From contig NW_018407511.1 in the NCBI RefSeq assembly GCF_002113885.1, positions 560,259 through 624,258 on the forward strand: DNA of 64,000 nt, written 5' to 3'. Positions 40,563-54,500 of this stretch are shown here, one piece after another. The translations under genes were made by a program, and so were the position numbers. Each line of letters starts with the position of its first letter. Positions within the stretch are counted from its first letter, which is position 1. Under the pieces are notes generated by a model. That model searched no databases and was not told where the DNA came from. It saw nothing but the letters and a program-made list of their open reading frames with translations. Source of the DNA: Mizuhopecten yessoensis. Taxonomy: Eukaryota.

Positions 40563-41504
40563 ATCCCCTCAGGTGGATTTTTATCCGCAGTTAGTATAAT
40601 GTGTAATTTATACCATCAAATACCTCCTAAACTGAACCCTGAATAAAGCGGTGTCCTGTGTAAAGAGACCCTATGTTAGATCCAATATGAATTTGTATGT
40701 TATAAAAGACTATTCAATCGAAAGGGAAAAATTGTTTTAGTATTACTGATCATTTTAAACATTTTACCGGGACTATTGAGATACGGAGAGCCTAGCGAGT
40801 TCAGCTTCGGAATAAATATTACACTAACGACCATCAATAACTTTTTAATGAAATGCACAAAAGTAAATGTGATAAAACTCGTAAACATAATACTCAGTAT
40901 TAAACCAAATAATAAAATATTGGAATATAAAAGTACAAAAAAATGTATATTCTGCATATAACTGACAAAGCTGTTGGTTTTCTAGTTTTACAAAACACTT
41001 TGGTTTCTAATGACAAATTTAAAAATATATGTTTGTGAAAATTGAAACAGCAAAAAACCTTTCTTTAAAGTACATTGTATTTCAGTTTTTAAATTAAGTA
41101 TTAAAAAGTTTTTTTTTTTTTATAATTACTCAAGCTTTCAGATCAATGATGTTTTACTATGTAAAAATTCTGGGACTGGGGATTTCACTGACAAATTGAA
41201 GGTTGAAACAGATTATACAACAGTATCACACAGAACATGTAGAAGTATCGTTCATGTCAACTCTGAGGTAAAACATTCATAAAATATACTTTGTTTATAT
41301 CAACATTAAATATTTGTACTAACATCACAAACATGCTGTAATTGAAAACCGCATTACCTATCAAAATATACAAAATACAAATAGGTTAATTATTCACAAC
41401 GCTCGTAATAATAGATACATGTGCTTATATAAATGTTTATGTTGGTACGCAATAGTGTTACTTACAGAAACACTGTCACCCTAACCGACTCGGCTAGGGA
41501 GAAT

Positions 41505-41577
41505 TTCTCTTTAGCTCATTCGGTAGAGCATAAGACTAGTAAACCAGAGGTCCTGGGTTTGACTCCTAGTGGAGGCA
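41505..41577 (+). pseudogene. tRNA-Thr(AGT)-like pseudogene or repeat-borne tRNA head
   Basis: TAGCTCATTCGGTAGAGC D-arm, CTAGTAA anticodon loop, GGTTTGACTCC T-loop; acceptor and anticodon stems are mispaired. Confidence 0.6.
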
Positions 41578-43290
41578 TTGAAAAAATAACGACCTCTGTT
41601 GCAACACAGTATAACATATCTTGAAGAATGTGTTTGCAGGTAACTGTTTTGCATACCATCATAAATATTACAAATATGTGTTTCAATCATAATGCTGTGT
41701 CGACATTCTTTACAACACCAAAATTATTCATCTTCAGTTCAAGAATGTCAATAGTGGAAAGTTGTGAAGTCAAGATCGAAATGTAACTAAATATGATCCG
41801 AGATTTGAAGCTGTGAATGGATAGTCGAACCTCAACAAACAGATTACGGACAAAAATAATAACAATTACTCATTATTAACAGGTGGTATCAAGGATAGAC
41901 GATGGATTTACTATCTATCATTACAAGACTATGTGACGACTAACACTTTCAGATGGAAGTCTGGCTGTTTTATTTCTAAAGCTTTTGATTTCTAACTTTA
42001 CATGTTGTTACATACATAAATTGATACATCTGCAATATAGAGTAGGTATTGATTGGATGAATTAATATATACAAAAAAACCAGACACAACACTAAAATGG
42101 TTATACATACACGCAAACAGGGGATAGTACATTGATTTGGGTGTCTTAAGTGATAATCAAAACAAGAACTATTTTGCACTCTGGTCTGGTAGGTCGACCA
42201 ACAGTTTAAACCGAGTTTCAAGTTCTAACATCAATATTTGGCCTAAGAGATGGGATGATTTTATGCACCAGGTTTGGCCAAGGGTAACTGGATAAGATGT
42301 TGAAAATTTATCAGCCTATATTTGTAACTGGGTCCCCTCCTCTCTGTCCTTTAAAATAGTAGAGCCACGCCCTTTATTTACATAAAACTGGCTTTCTTTG
42401 GTTCAGAAATGATTCAAACCAATGAATTTAGTTCAAATTTATTTATTTGAAATAGAAGTAAGGTATATCCCAATAAATGACTACAATAAAGTAGGACAGT
42501 AGTCAGCACATCTGAACACAACTTGTAACGCACAGTGTCCATCTGGGAACAAACCTAAAAGTTGGCCAGTGATTTAAACGTATACTCTGTATCACTCATA
42601 CAATGTATGTTTGACGGAGGCCTAAAGAGATTCCAGTTATAATCCCCTGTAAATGTTTAAGCCAATCAGAGGCCTTGGTAGTCATCTTAAATCCCCAAAC
42701 TTCAGAGAAGTCGGTCACTTCACATAAACCATACCCTTTGGAAGTTTGACACATACAATGAAAGCGTATTGGACAAATTTGCAGTGGAGGAAGAATGAAC
42801 AAGAAGAAACGGTAAACAATAAGTTCTGAACGTAACTAACTTTGTACATTACAAACTAGTATGCAACTTGCTCAAAAAAACTGTAACAATTTTAAAAGGT
42901 AGAAAAATATTTGGTTTAAGGAATGCAAGAAGTCAAAGAGGTATTAAGGACTTAACAGTTTACAAAATACTTCAATTCAGAACACTTCTATTTCAGAGGC
43001 CTGTGAATGTATGCGATTTTTAAGAGCAAATTCCTAGCTTTGTTTTTTAACAAATGTATAGACAATGTCACACCAGATTTCTGGCCGCTTTAATAATGTA
43101 AATAAGTCTCAAAAATCTTCATATTACAATACCCTAACTACAGAAAGACGTCACAAAATCATCAGTGATTTATATAACACGATAACATACGGTTACTAAG
43201 ACAATATTTATGTACTCTGGCCAAAACTGATGTCTCCAAAACATCAGACTGATAGAAACTCTGTTCTTAGGTTAATTATACACATTAACT

Positions 43291-43380
43291 TAAACTCATT
43301 CACCCTATATATTTAAAACGGACTTGCCCAGTCTTTGATTTGGTAAGGTTCAAATGTGTCTTTAGGGGTGAATGGGTTAA
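43291..43380. mobile_element. TTAA micro-MITE, subfamily C
   Basis: Homologous to 34454-34544 and 52499-52589. Confidence 0.75.
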
Positions 43381-44773
43381 AATAATATGTTATGATATGA
43401 TATACTTTTGAAAACACAAACACAACACAAAACTAAATTCAAAATGTAGCTGCAACTGTTAACAAACATTAGTTGATAAATAAATAAGTACAAAAACAGT
43501 TTTATAATCCATCTGGTTGACACGATTAAAAGTAAAACGTCACACAAAGGTATGATTTCACCAGACCTGTACCGACCACAGGTAACGTATAACACAATAC
43601 CTTAGCACCTAACCCTTGGGTCAGTAGGATTTTAGTGCAGAAAAGCCTATTAAGCACTTTCCATTCGACCACACTTAATGGCAAACATGCATTACATAAT
43701 TATAAAGTGAAATTAGAAGTACATTAAAAATATAGTGTTGACAGTATCTTTGAACGCTCAACTCATAAGAGATGTTTTTGTCACTCAGAACAATGAGAAA
43801 TAATATTTACCGGTAACAACAAATATTATCAAACACAGTCTCACTCTGAAACAGACTTAATGTCAAAAAACAGTCTTACTGAAAACACACATTCTTGCCT
43901 TATCCTGAAACAGAACACACTCACACACCTTGCTGTCTCACTTTCAAGCAGCCTCACTCTCAAACACAGCCTCATTCTAGATCACATTCCAGGCAGCTTC
44001 ACTTTCAAACACAATATTAAAACACTTTTTTCTACCAAACTTCTATTTTAGGAAGAATCAACAAATGAGTCTTATTAAAAACAACAAAGATAAAATATTG
44101 TGATGCAGGCACTAGAATAAGTCAGCCATTGCCACTCGAGCAGTGTGTTCTAATGAAGTCAGAGCTTGCAAAGTAACACTCAGAAGGCATATAAATCACT
44201 GTGTAAAAAAGAACACTTTCTTTCATTCCCTGATAAAAGTTGAACACATAATCACATACATCTTCACCGCTATCTCATTTTGTTTCAAGTATACATACTA
44301 ACCACTCAAACTGATGTATTTCCTATGAAATATTTGATGATCATGAGATGATAGCTATTGAAGAGGGCCGTCGCTTTATCTGTTATGCAACTAAGACCTG
44401 ATGATACATCTTGGTAGGGTGATGTTGATAAAGAAACGTTTTCCATCCTTGAAGAAGACTGAGCCTCCTCACTGGGACAAAATTCCGTTGAAATGAGGAA
44501 TGGACAGTCATGCAGGAAACTCTTAAGAAGAACATCCCACAGGAAACCTTTCAAATCACAGCAAACAACATTCCATCAGCAGTTTCTGAATGATGTCCAG
44601 TCACATGAAGCAGAGTTTGACAGCGATGAAGAGATTTTGTAGTCACACTATGGCATTTCCATTACTGTAAGAAAATAGGACAAATATGTGTCGGATACAT
44701 TTAACAATATCAAAATGATAATATAACATGAGGATTATAGGCCTAATGGTTGGTTGGTTGGTTATCAGGGTTA

Positions 44774-45320
44774 AAAACTCCATCACCCCCAAAATTTCAT
44801 AATGAACTATTCCAACCTTTGAATTGGAAGAGTTCAAATGTGTCTTCAGGGGAGACTGAGTCAACGTCCTATCAACAGCTAAAGTCCTTTAAGGATGTGA
44901 GCCCTAAAGGTCAACTGAGCTTTGAGACACGACTTTTGTATAATATGTAATGTGAGACACAAAGTAAACAAGAGGTTCAGAGAGCCTGTATTGCCCACCT
45001 TGATTTCTAACCAATGATGGCAAAATATTTTCATTAATAATATAACAATAGACTTACATATACTATGTAATCTAAGGACAGTATCTTACATTTGTCCTTA
45101 CATTGTAGACTCTTTTTACTAAATGTATCAAACACACTTTTCAAATGTTGCACCTTATGTTATTTTTCTTTCTTTCTGTTTGAGATCAAAAAGGACAAAT
45201 GTTAAATAAACAGGAGTAAATATATCCCTTTTAACCCTTTCACCACTGTAGACCAGAATGGAATCATCCAGATAAATGTATGGTAGAGCCTACTAAAATA
45301 CCTAGGGGTGAAAGGGTTAA
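44774..45320. mobile_element. Two micro-MITEs (44774-44864 A; 45231-45320 B); another A copy lies at about 45677-45767
   Basis: Same termini, core and length as the other copies. Confidence 0.7.
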
Positions 45321-45434
45321 ATGTATCAAATCAGCTTTGCCCATAAAATCATTTCAGCTTGTTTTGTTTCTCTTAATCCTAGGAGTTCTTAACTCATAGA
45401 AAGTATTGGTCCCATTTAGTGTAACTACCACAAA

Positions 45435-45551
45435 CTAAGGAAGTATATATACCTCAATCAGCTGAATGTCTGTTTCATCATAAGTAGGCACCTTCATAGT
45501 GGAATATTTCAAGCCCAGCATGTCACCCATCTCATTAATGATGGCCAAGGC
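45435..45551 (-). CDS. SPTLC2: SPTLC2 coding exon 12
   Basis: [33 protein letters not shown](VYILP*); possible donor after 45453. Confidence 0.85.
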   Translation of the reverse strand, partial: ALAIINEMGDMLGLKYSTMKVPTYDETDIQLIEVYILP

Positions 45552-48500
45552 CTAAACAGCAATCATATATACCATAAGTAGGCTAAAACATGCGTTTTGA
45601 CAATAATCTTTTTCAATGTTGTTATTGACACATTAACAGTAAATATTTAGCTTATATATGTACATTATTCATAGCATCACCTCATTTACCCCCAAAATTT
45701 CATAATGAACTATTCCAATCTATGAATCGGAAGAGTTCAAATGTGTCTTCAGGGGTGAATGTGATAAGATCTTACTGTGAAATCACTCATTCTTGTGGTG
45801 TCTTTAATTTTGTTAATTGTGTGAGTAATCTTCATTGACAAATTCAAAGTAATTACAAGAGTGGTATTCTTCGTTTGAATGGGTACTCATAATCCACAAA
45901 TTCATGTACCCACGGAATAGTGGTTTTTAGGAAAATAAGTTTCAAAATTATAATCAATTTTGAATAATTAATGACTTAATCTACAATCTTGTACTTAACA
46001 AAAGATGTTCATAGTAGATGAGGGTAACCATAACTGAACAAGTGCTTACTTTGTCCAACTGTTCTTTGGTGTGAGCGGCTGAAACGCAGAATCTGGCTCG
46101 GCATTCAATGATTGGCGTTGCTGGGAAACCAACCACAACCACCCCCAGACCTCGATCAAGACACATACGTGCAAAGGCTCTGTAAAAAGGAAATGTAGAT
46201 TATATTACTGTTATGTAACTGGGGATATAAAGAGGAATTCTAAAGAAAACTCAAAGACAGACAGATGGATGGTTGATACACCATCGTAACAATCTCAGAA
46301 ATTGTTTCCCTAAGCAGCAAAATATTTCTGTGATAAACTTTTACGTCGCACAGCTACATTTCATACGATAAATACATAAAATAACTAGTTTATTTTCTCT
46401 GTAATAATAATAATAATTCAAGGTTCTCATATACTGCTTTATCACAATCAAGTTTGAAGGTCGTCTCAAAGCGGTTCACAAATTATTATCCGTAGTTATA
46501 GGGCCTTAACAACTAGCCAACATATTTCTCAACTCCCTGGGGAGCATACAGCCGGTGCTGCCATTTCGGCACTCACAGATAGCATTACACAGTTCTAGCA
46601 CTGCCCAACCACATACTTATTTACAGCTGAGTAGACTGGAACAAGCAGAGTAAAGTATCTTGCTCAAAGATACAACGCAGTGCCGTGCCGTGACTCAAAC
46701 CTGCAACCCTTCGGTCACGAGCCTGGCGTCCTACCACTAGAATACTGTGCCTCCTGTTCAGTGATTCTGTCTGATTCTTTAAGATCTTTCAGAAGCTAAC
46801 ATTTCTTCAGACTTTGTAAAAAAGACAAGAGTAATGATAAACTTAACTACACAGGAATACCTTCAGCAAATTCTTTTTAGTGTTAGTAAAGTATATAATA
46901 GTATATCATAGTAGATTTACTACAAGGGGAGGTCACTCAGACTGTTAATTCCTGTCTGTCTCTGATTAAGCTTAATGATCCCTGTCACACTGCACTGCAG
47001 TTTTTCATACATACAGTAACCTCTCCTTCATTTCATTTTGGATGTTAACTGTAGCCCAGTTGGGCCAGGACATTTCTGTTGATCCGGTAGCTCAGTCGGT
47101 TAGAGTGTTAGAATATCAACCTGTAGTCCGGGGTATGAATCCAGGTCTAGGCCCACTGTTTTTTTTGTGTTTTTTTTTAATCAGAACAATGTTTTGATTA
47201 ATGTTTGGTTTATTTAACCTCTGTTATGATTCATAAAAAAGTCCCACAAGATATGCATTTCTTTTCAGAAAACATGTTTTATTAAAGTTATAGTCACGTT
47301 GACAAAAATGATTTCCAGTGCCTATTTACTGTCTTTGGCAGTGGTACAAGGATCCTTAAACAGACAATTTTGTAGACACCAGAGTATCCAGACTTCTATA
47401 AGGTAACATATTATCGCAATGTCTACTTACGCGACCTTCGTAGGCATAAACATCAGCATTGGTACCACGGGCGAATCCTTGTTACCGTAGATGATGAAGC
47501 CCATTTTGTGTAGGCGATGTCTGAAGTACCGTGTGTTCCACTTCAGCTGTTGGATTTTCCTTTTACCTATAACCAAACCAATTCAACTGTTATGAGACTG
47601 GAAATGATGTTACAAAACACACTCAATACAAAAAGTACAATGCAGATAGCAACAGGTCCCATGGTGATGTGTTTTACCTAATAGTGTGTTGTCTAGTCCC
47701 ATTATGATCTTCATGGAGGAGATGGTCTGCTGTAAGACACACGGTGACATTGACGTGGAGTAAATTGCTGCGTGGGAGTTTACTCGTAAGTGTCGCACCA
47801 AACTCTGCAATAAAAAAATACCATCAGCACTGTCAGCAAGCATTCTTACAGAAAATATTAAACTTTATTCCTTCTCCTTTAAATTTTGTCAAGTGTTGAG
47901 TACAATGACATGAGTCTGAAGAATAAAAGCATTTTTTTTTTCAATTTGTATATTTTACCTAATCAATTGCAAGGGCCAGACTTGCTATTAACCTGTTCTT
48001 GAAGCTTAACTGTTTGGTTGGAGTGTTCGTGTTAACTCATTATGTGATGATCCATGACCATGGGACAGGAGTATTTTTGGACCCCTTGTGGTTGATAGAT
48101 ACCAAGTAGAGGCCTAGACTCACTAGCATTATGTACTAGTTTGAGCTAATCAAAGTGCTGATATAACGGTCCTTAATTAGTGTTTCAAATCGATGATATC
48201 CTTCAAGGAATGAAGCTGCTACAGTGTAGACAATGATCTTTTTAAAAATAGTAACAGTTACCTTGACCAGACAACTCTGCAAACCAAAATTGTCCAGTAA
48301 GATTATAGGAAAGTTTACCGCTATGAATGCTGTACACACTAGAGTTACAGCAATAATTCATTTAGGGACTTAATATGACTCATGGTTTCAAAGAATTTGT
48401 TTCAAGTTTATATTTTTGGCCTGATTAGTACTGAAGTTCTGGACTGATTGATAAATGCGTGTCAGTTTTGGCTGATTACTAGTAAAGTCTGTTCACAGCC

Positions 48501-51500
48501 TTACTGATACGCTTTTTCCCCTCTTGTGCTGCCATTACCTTACTGCCACCAATATAGCCTCCGGCTGCACCAAAACTCTTTGTAAATGTCCCCATCATCA
48601 CATCAATATCACGGGGATCCAGGCCAAAGTAGTCAACCACACCCTTTCCGTTTGGCCCGAGAGCCCCCACACTGTGAGCCTCATCCAAGTAGATGTACGC
48701 CTTGTACTTCTTTTTTAGTCTGACCACATCTGGTAGACGGATAATGGATCCCTCCATACTGAAAAGAAAATTATCATAATTAGTTTGACATCTGTAAAAC
48801 AAGAGGCCCAGAGGGCTTGCATCGCTCACCTGGATATCTAAGAAATCATGGCAAAATATTCTCCAAATGAGATCCAAGGGAATATGCCAGACCCCAATGC
48901 CAATTTTTGTAGTATGTCTGTATTATATTTGTCATGCCCAGCAATTTAATGTATGGTTATGGGGTGGGGATCTCAACTGTTTCCAAGCTGTTACTCAGAA
49001 ACTAGATTCCTAGGGTTGTGGCCAGACCCCAGGATCAATTCTAATATCATGCCTGCATTCATCTCTTTTTTCCAAGCATTCATATTTATAGTTCTGGGGT
49101 GGGGATCTCAACCGTTTCAAAGTTAAGACCCAGAAAGGGTGGGGGCTAGACCCTAGGTCATCCTGGAAGCAAATGTGCATTCTTCTCTTTATACTACACA
49201 ATTTTATATAAGGTGATACCGTGGGAATCTCAACAATTTCCAAGTAATAAACTTTTTTACTTTATTTGGCCCTATTTGGCCCTATTTGGCCCTACCCCTT
49301 AGCATGGGGGGGGGGTTGTTGTCAGCAGCCCCATTATTTCTACAATTTTGAATCCCTACCTCCCATGAATACTTCTGACCAAATATGATCGATATCCATG
49401 GCATAATTCTACAGAAGAAGTCGTTTATAGAAATATAGCCAAATTGCCCCCTTTTGGTTGGTCCCGCTGCTCAGCCCCCTGGGGAGCCAGCCAAACCATT
49501 TGTACAATTTTGAATCCCCACTACCTAGGGATGATTCCAGTCAAATATGGTTGATATCCAGTATATTGTTCTACAGAAGAAGTTGTTTGTAGCAATATAG
49601 CCAAATTGCCTCCTTTTGGCCCCATCCCTCAGTCCCCTGGGGGGTCAGCCCAACCATTTGTACAATTTTGAATTCCAGCCACCTAGGGATGCTTCCAGTC
49701 AAATACGGAGGTCAGCCCAACCATTTGTACAATTTTGAATCTCCATAACCGCGGAATTTTTCCAATCAAATATGGTTTATATCCTTCTCTTAGTTCCAGA
49801 GATGAAGTCGCTTAAATCAATATAGCCCAATTGCCCCCTTTTGGCCTTGCCTCTCAGGCCCCTGGGGGGCCAGACCCACGGTTTATACAAAACTGGTTCC
49901 CCTTCACTCAATGATGCTTCAGACCAAATATGGAACAAATCCTTTCATTGCTACAGAAGAAGGAGTTTAAAGAATTTACTATGTGTTCCCTATTGGGCGC
50001 CGCCCCTCAGGCTGAGCAGACCCACGGTTAATTTACATAATTGGTTCCCCTTCACCTATGGATGCTTCAGACCAAATATGGAATAAATCCTTTCATTCCT
50101 ACAGAAGAAGGATTTTAAAGAATTTGCTATATTTCCCCCATTGGGCCCCGACCCACAGCCCACAGGAGGGCCAGACCCACCATTTATACAATGTCAAACA
50201 GCTAGACTAACAATTTAAGGTTTTCACATGATCTGACAGAAGCGGCTATGTACCTGTAAACTCCTTCCACAACAATTAGGATTTTTTTCCAGGGTCGGCG
50301 TGTTCTGGGCTGACCCTCTATCACCGCTGTACGCAGCTTATCCTCCAAGTCACGCATATCTGAAAATCAGGTATTCTTTGTCAACAGGTTGTTAAACTTA
50401 AAATGTCATTAACTCACTAAATATACTACCTGAAACAGCCAGGCACCATCTCATTGAGTGGGGAACCTCCCTATTATTGATTCCACTAATAAGGAAACTT
50501 ACTATCTCAACTCTTAACAGGGAAGTGAACAACATATAATACTAAGTATAACTCAATAATCAGGAAAATCGGTTATTTTGTATTTTTCCTGTGAAATGTG
50601 ATTCTAGCTACATTGTACTGATTTATAAACTGATTGGATAATTTCTCCTTTTAAAATCAAATTATATATTGCCTCAACTTGATCAAGAAAAGTTAGTACG
50701 TTTTTGTAGTCCAAAACAGAACAGAAAACAACATGATACCTTAAGTTGTTAATTTTTGGGCCTGCTCCCTAGTTGTTCATCACACTTCAGTGTCCTTTAA
50801 AGTGGGTCAAGGTCAAATTTACTGAAATATTTAGTTATCATTCAGATCAATAATTTTATATAGGTCTTTACTTACTGTTGTGTTTGTAGGTCCTGATTGT
50901 AGCACCACTCAGTCTGGACCCAAGCACCAGGGAGGCATGGTTTAGCGAATCACTTAGAATCAAACTACCCTGTGGAAATTTGCATACAAAATGTTTAAAA
51001 GTGTGATCCTAGTAACAGTTACTATATCTAAAATGGTGCATAACTGTCGGAATCTCTAGTCTGGTCTAACTAAAAGAGGTAACCATTATTCTGTACATAC
51101 ATATATGCCTGAAAGCAGAAACTTTCAAGCCCTGAAAATTTGATATACCGGTAACTAGACTGTCCAATGGAATTAAATCTCTGTATAAAATGGACTGCTC
51201 AATTTCGAAACCACTAAATGATGATGGGGAATTATTATCCAAGTAAAATCAGACTAAAATTTGCGCTTAGTTACAGATTTGAATTTGCCGTTAAGCAGTT
51301 AAGTACAGTGACAGTGGAGTACAAACCTTTCCGACTAGACATGGCATGTTCATAGAGTTGGTAGCGAAGCCCATAGGCATGGTAAACGCTGCCTCCATGC
51401 CAAGGAATTGGGCAACAAGTTCATCAAGCTCTTTGTGTAATTCAGAGTAACCTGAAGAAAAAACAGAAATTGCATCAATACATAATAGATTTTCCTTGAT

Positions 51501-54500
51501 TACATTTTAATAAGAATATCACAAAATGGTGGAACATACCAACAGTAACTACATCACATGGTAACTTTTTATCAAACTTTGGTAACATTGTTCCTTCAAG
51601 GCGAGGTTTTCATCTGGTTAACTGATGAGTGTGTTAAAAGGAAAGAACAGATTTCTTAGTTTTGGCATCAATCATTTTCTTCTGATCAATTTCAGAATGA
51701 AATGTGCAAAACTAGGAAATAGGAAGAGTGTTCCGAACAGCAATAACAAACTTTGATTATCAAGTATTAGATGTCTGCCTAGAGGCAATCGTTTTATTTT
51801 ATCAATCAAGCTAAAATGATATTTACAACTGAGAGCCAAGAGGAGTGAAACAGTAACGATATTGCTCATAAAAGATTTCTCCAGTACATGTACTGTTAAA
51901 TTCCAAGATGGCTGTCTATATATCTAGCAGCCGTCTTATTCTTGCGATCAGTTTCAAAGTTGAAAAAACTTGGAAAGTTTGAAAAGGCTCCCTCTACTAC
52001 TTTCTGAGAAACAAGGAAAAAAACCTTTAGCTGTCAACATCCAAGATGACTGCCCATGGCCAGCGACCATTGTGTTCTTTCAATCAGCCCCAGACAGAGT
52101 GAAACATGCAAAAATAAGGACCAGCAGGAAGTTGCTCGAAAATTTGAGAAAGACATTGAACCACTTTCCGAGAAATAATGACAATATCAATCTGTCAAAA
52201 TCCTAGATACAATTTAAGATCAAGGGAAGCATACATATAGAAGGTTAGCAAGATCTGTCCAGCAATTCCAGATAATCCATAATCAATGACTGTTTAACAG
52301 TCATTTTATTCTTTTGATCAGTCATTTTATTCTTTTGATCAGTCCCAAAAGTTACCATACACACTCCAGGACCAAGAAGGAACCTTCGTGTGAAGTTTGA
52401 CAAAGATCCATCCAGTACACCTTGTGAAATAGCTATAACAAGATTTGTTTACAGACGAATGACTCATAATTTATAATGGACCATAGACAAAAAGTAATTT
52501 AACTCATTCACCCCTGCATATTTAAACTGGACTTGGCCAGTCTTTGATTTGGTAAAGTTCAAATGTGACTTTAGGGGTGAATGGGTTAAACAGCCCACAA
52601 ACTGATGTTGATTGGCTAAAAAATAAACATGGTGTATACCCAGTCTAAATATAGCAGGAATACTTACCTAACTGTTGTGGGCTACTACAAAAGGACATCC
52701 CATACTTTCTTGTTGATTCCTCGGCAGCGTCAGCACATGGACCGTTATTTTGAGAAAATCCAAGATAATTGTAGGATCCCAAATTCATTACACGAATTGT
52801 TTTGCCCGTATTTCTAGAAAAGACAAGCAAGTTTGAGGAATCAGAATAAGAAGCAGATGTAACGTGTTATAAAAAGAGTGGAATCACAGCATCAGCAGGC
52901 AATAATTATACTGCAGCAAATAAAATGAGTTAAAGTTGCACAATACCATATAAAAAAAGTCTGTTTTTAACCAATCATCTATAATGATATCCCATGATAG
53001 ATTGTCCGCAATCAGCTAACTTTTCAAATATATTTTTTTCTATTATAATCAATCATCAAATGAATTGGTTATAAAGTAAAAACATTTGTAAAAGGCATTG
53101 AGAGAAACATTTGTGTTGAGACCATTTTGTCATAATTGACATAACAATAACAATAATGCTTTGTCTTTAGATGGAACAACTCATTTAACAAACGATGGTT
53201 TTATCTTCCATGAGGATCTCTTCGAAAAAAATACAAATTCAAGGCAAAATATTCTCGTTTGAAAAGCAATGTTGAAAACATTATGTCTACAGAGGTAGGA
53301 CTAGAGCCCTGTGGAGCTTATCTTGGTAGCATGATGGTGTTCATTACTTCATAACAACTGTATATTCTGTATGTATACGTACGTAAAGTTCCAGCCGCTG
53401 TCCGTAGATACCCTCTCCACGACATCCAGCTCGGCTCCAGCACCACTAGCCACAGGTCTGTTCCAGCAGTCGCGTATCCGGCGATATATATTCCTGGTAT
53501 AAAAACTCTCCCAGCTCTGATACAGCGGAACAAAACCCTGTCACAAAAAGACATAAATCTTCTGATAATGGAAAATAACAAGAGGCCGGGGCATACCACA
53601 TACCTTAACCTGTTTTTATTTGTTTTCTAAACTACAAATAGGTTGAAAATAATTCTGACAATTAATAGACCATATGGTGGCCATGTTGAATTTATTATTG
53701 AGCCAAACAATTCAATAACAACACCCGGTCAGGGTAATAAGACTTAAGTAGAGGGAAATTTGTATCAATTTTGGTTAACATTATCCCCACAGAACTTAGG
53801 ATTTAGTGAAAAAAAAAGTATAGTCAATCGTAAAACGGGTGTCTATCTTTGATTTCCAATCAACCCAAATATTAACAACACCTGTTAACATGTAAGAGGA
53901 ATATTATAAAATACAAAGTAACTGGCTCTGTGGAACATAAAACATAAAAATGTTTCAGTCAATTAGAAATCAGGACGGTCATTTTTCCTTCTGAAATGAC
54001 TGAAAAGTAATGAAACTAGACCAGGGCCATAGGCGTATAATTCGCCAATCATAAAACAACTTGTCAAAATTTGCCAGATTGAAGTCAAAATTGTGACTGT
54101 TCTTGAAGCCAATTATATTCAGAGGCCAGCAGAGGTTTCTTTAATTCTGGATCTATCCAGAAAAAAATAACCAATCTTTTTAGAGCCATGAAATGATCCT
54201 TTGCACCAATTTATAACTTATCTAGGAAACCTGAGAAGGAGTTACTAAATAAAGATGTTAAAGCTCCTTCATGACTCTTATCCTTTACCTTCACAGGGAC
54301 CACACCATCAATGATTTAATATTTTTGAAATCTATTTGAACTTTGATATCCATTTCCTTATAATAAGTATAATTAGCTAGGCTCTATAATTATCATCCAT
54401 TGGGACAGGAAACTACCATTATTCAGTCGGCGATCCACTCGGATCTGTCTGCATGAGGTAAAAATATTAACAGAAGCAAGGTAACCTCCACATCCCATAT

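Noticed and set aside
41505-41577. Functional tRNA-Thr
   Set aside because: Acceptor and anticodon stems are mispaired and the T-loop is mutated (TTTGA).
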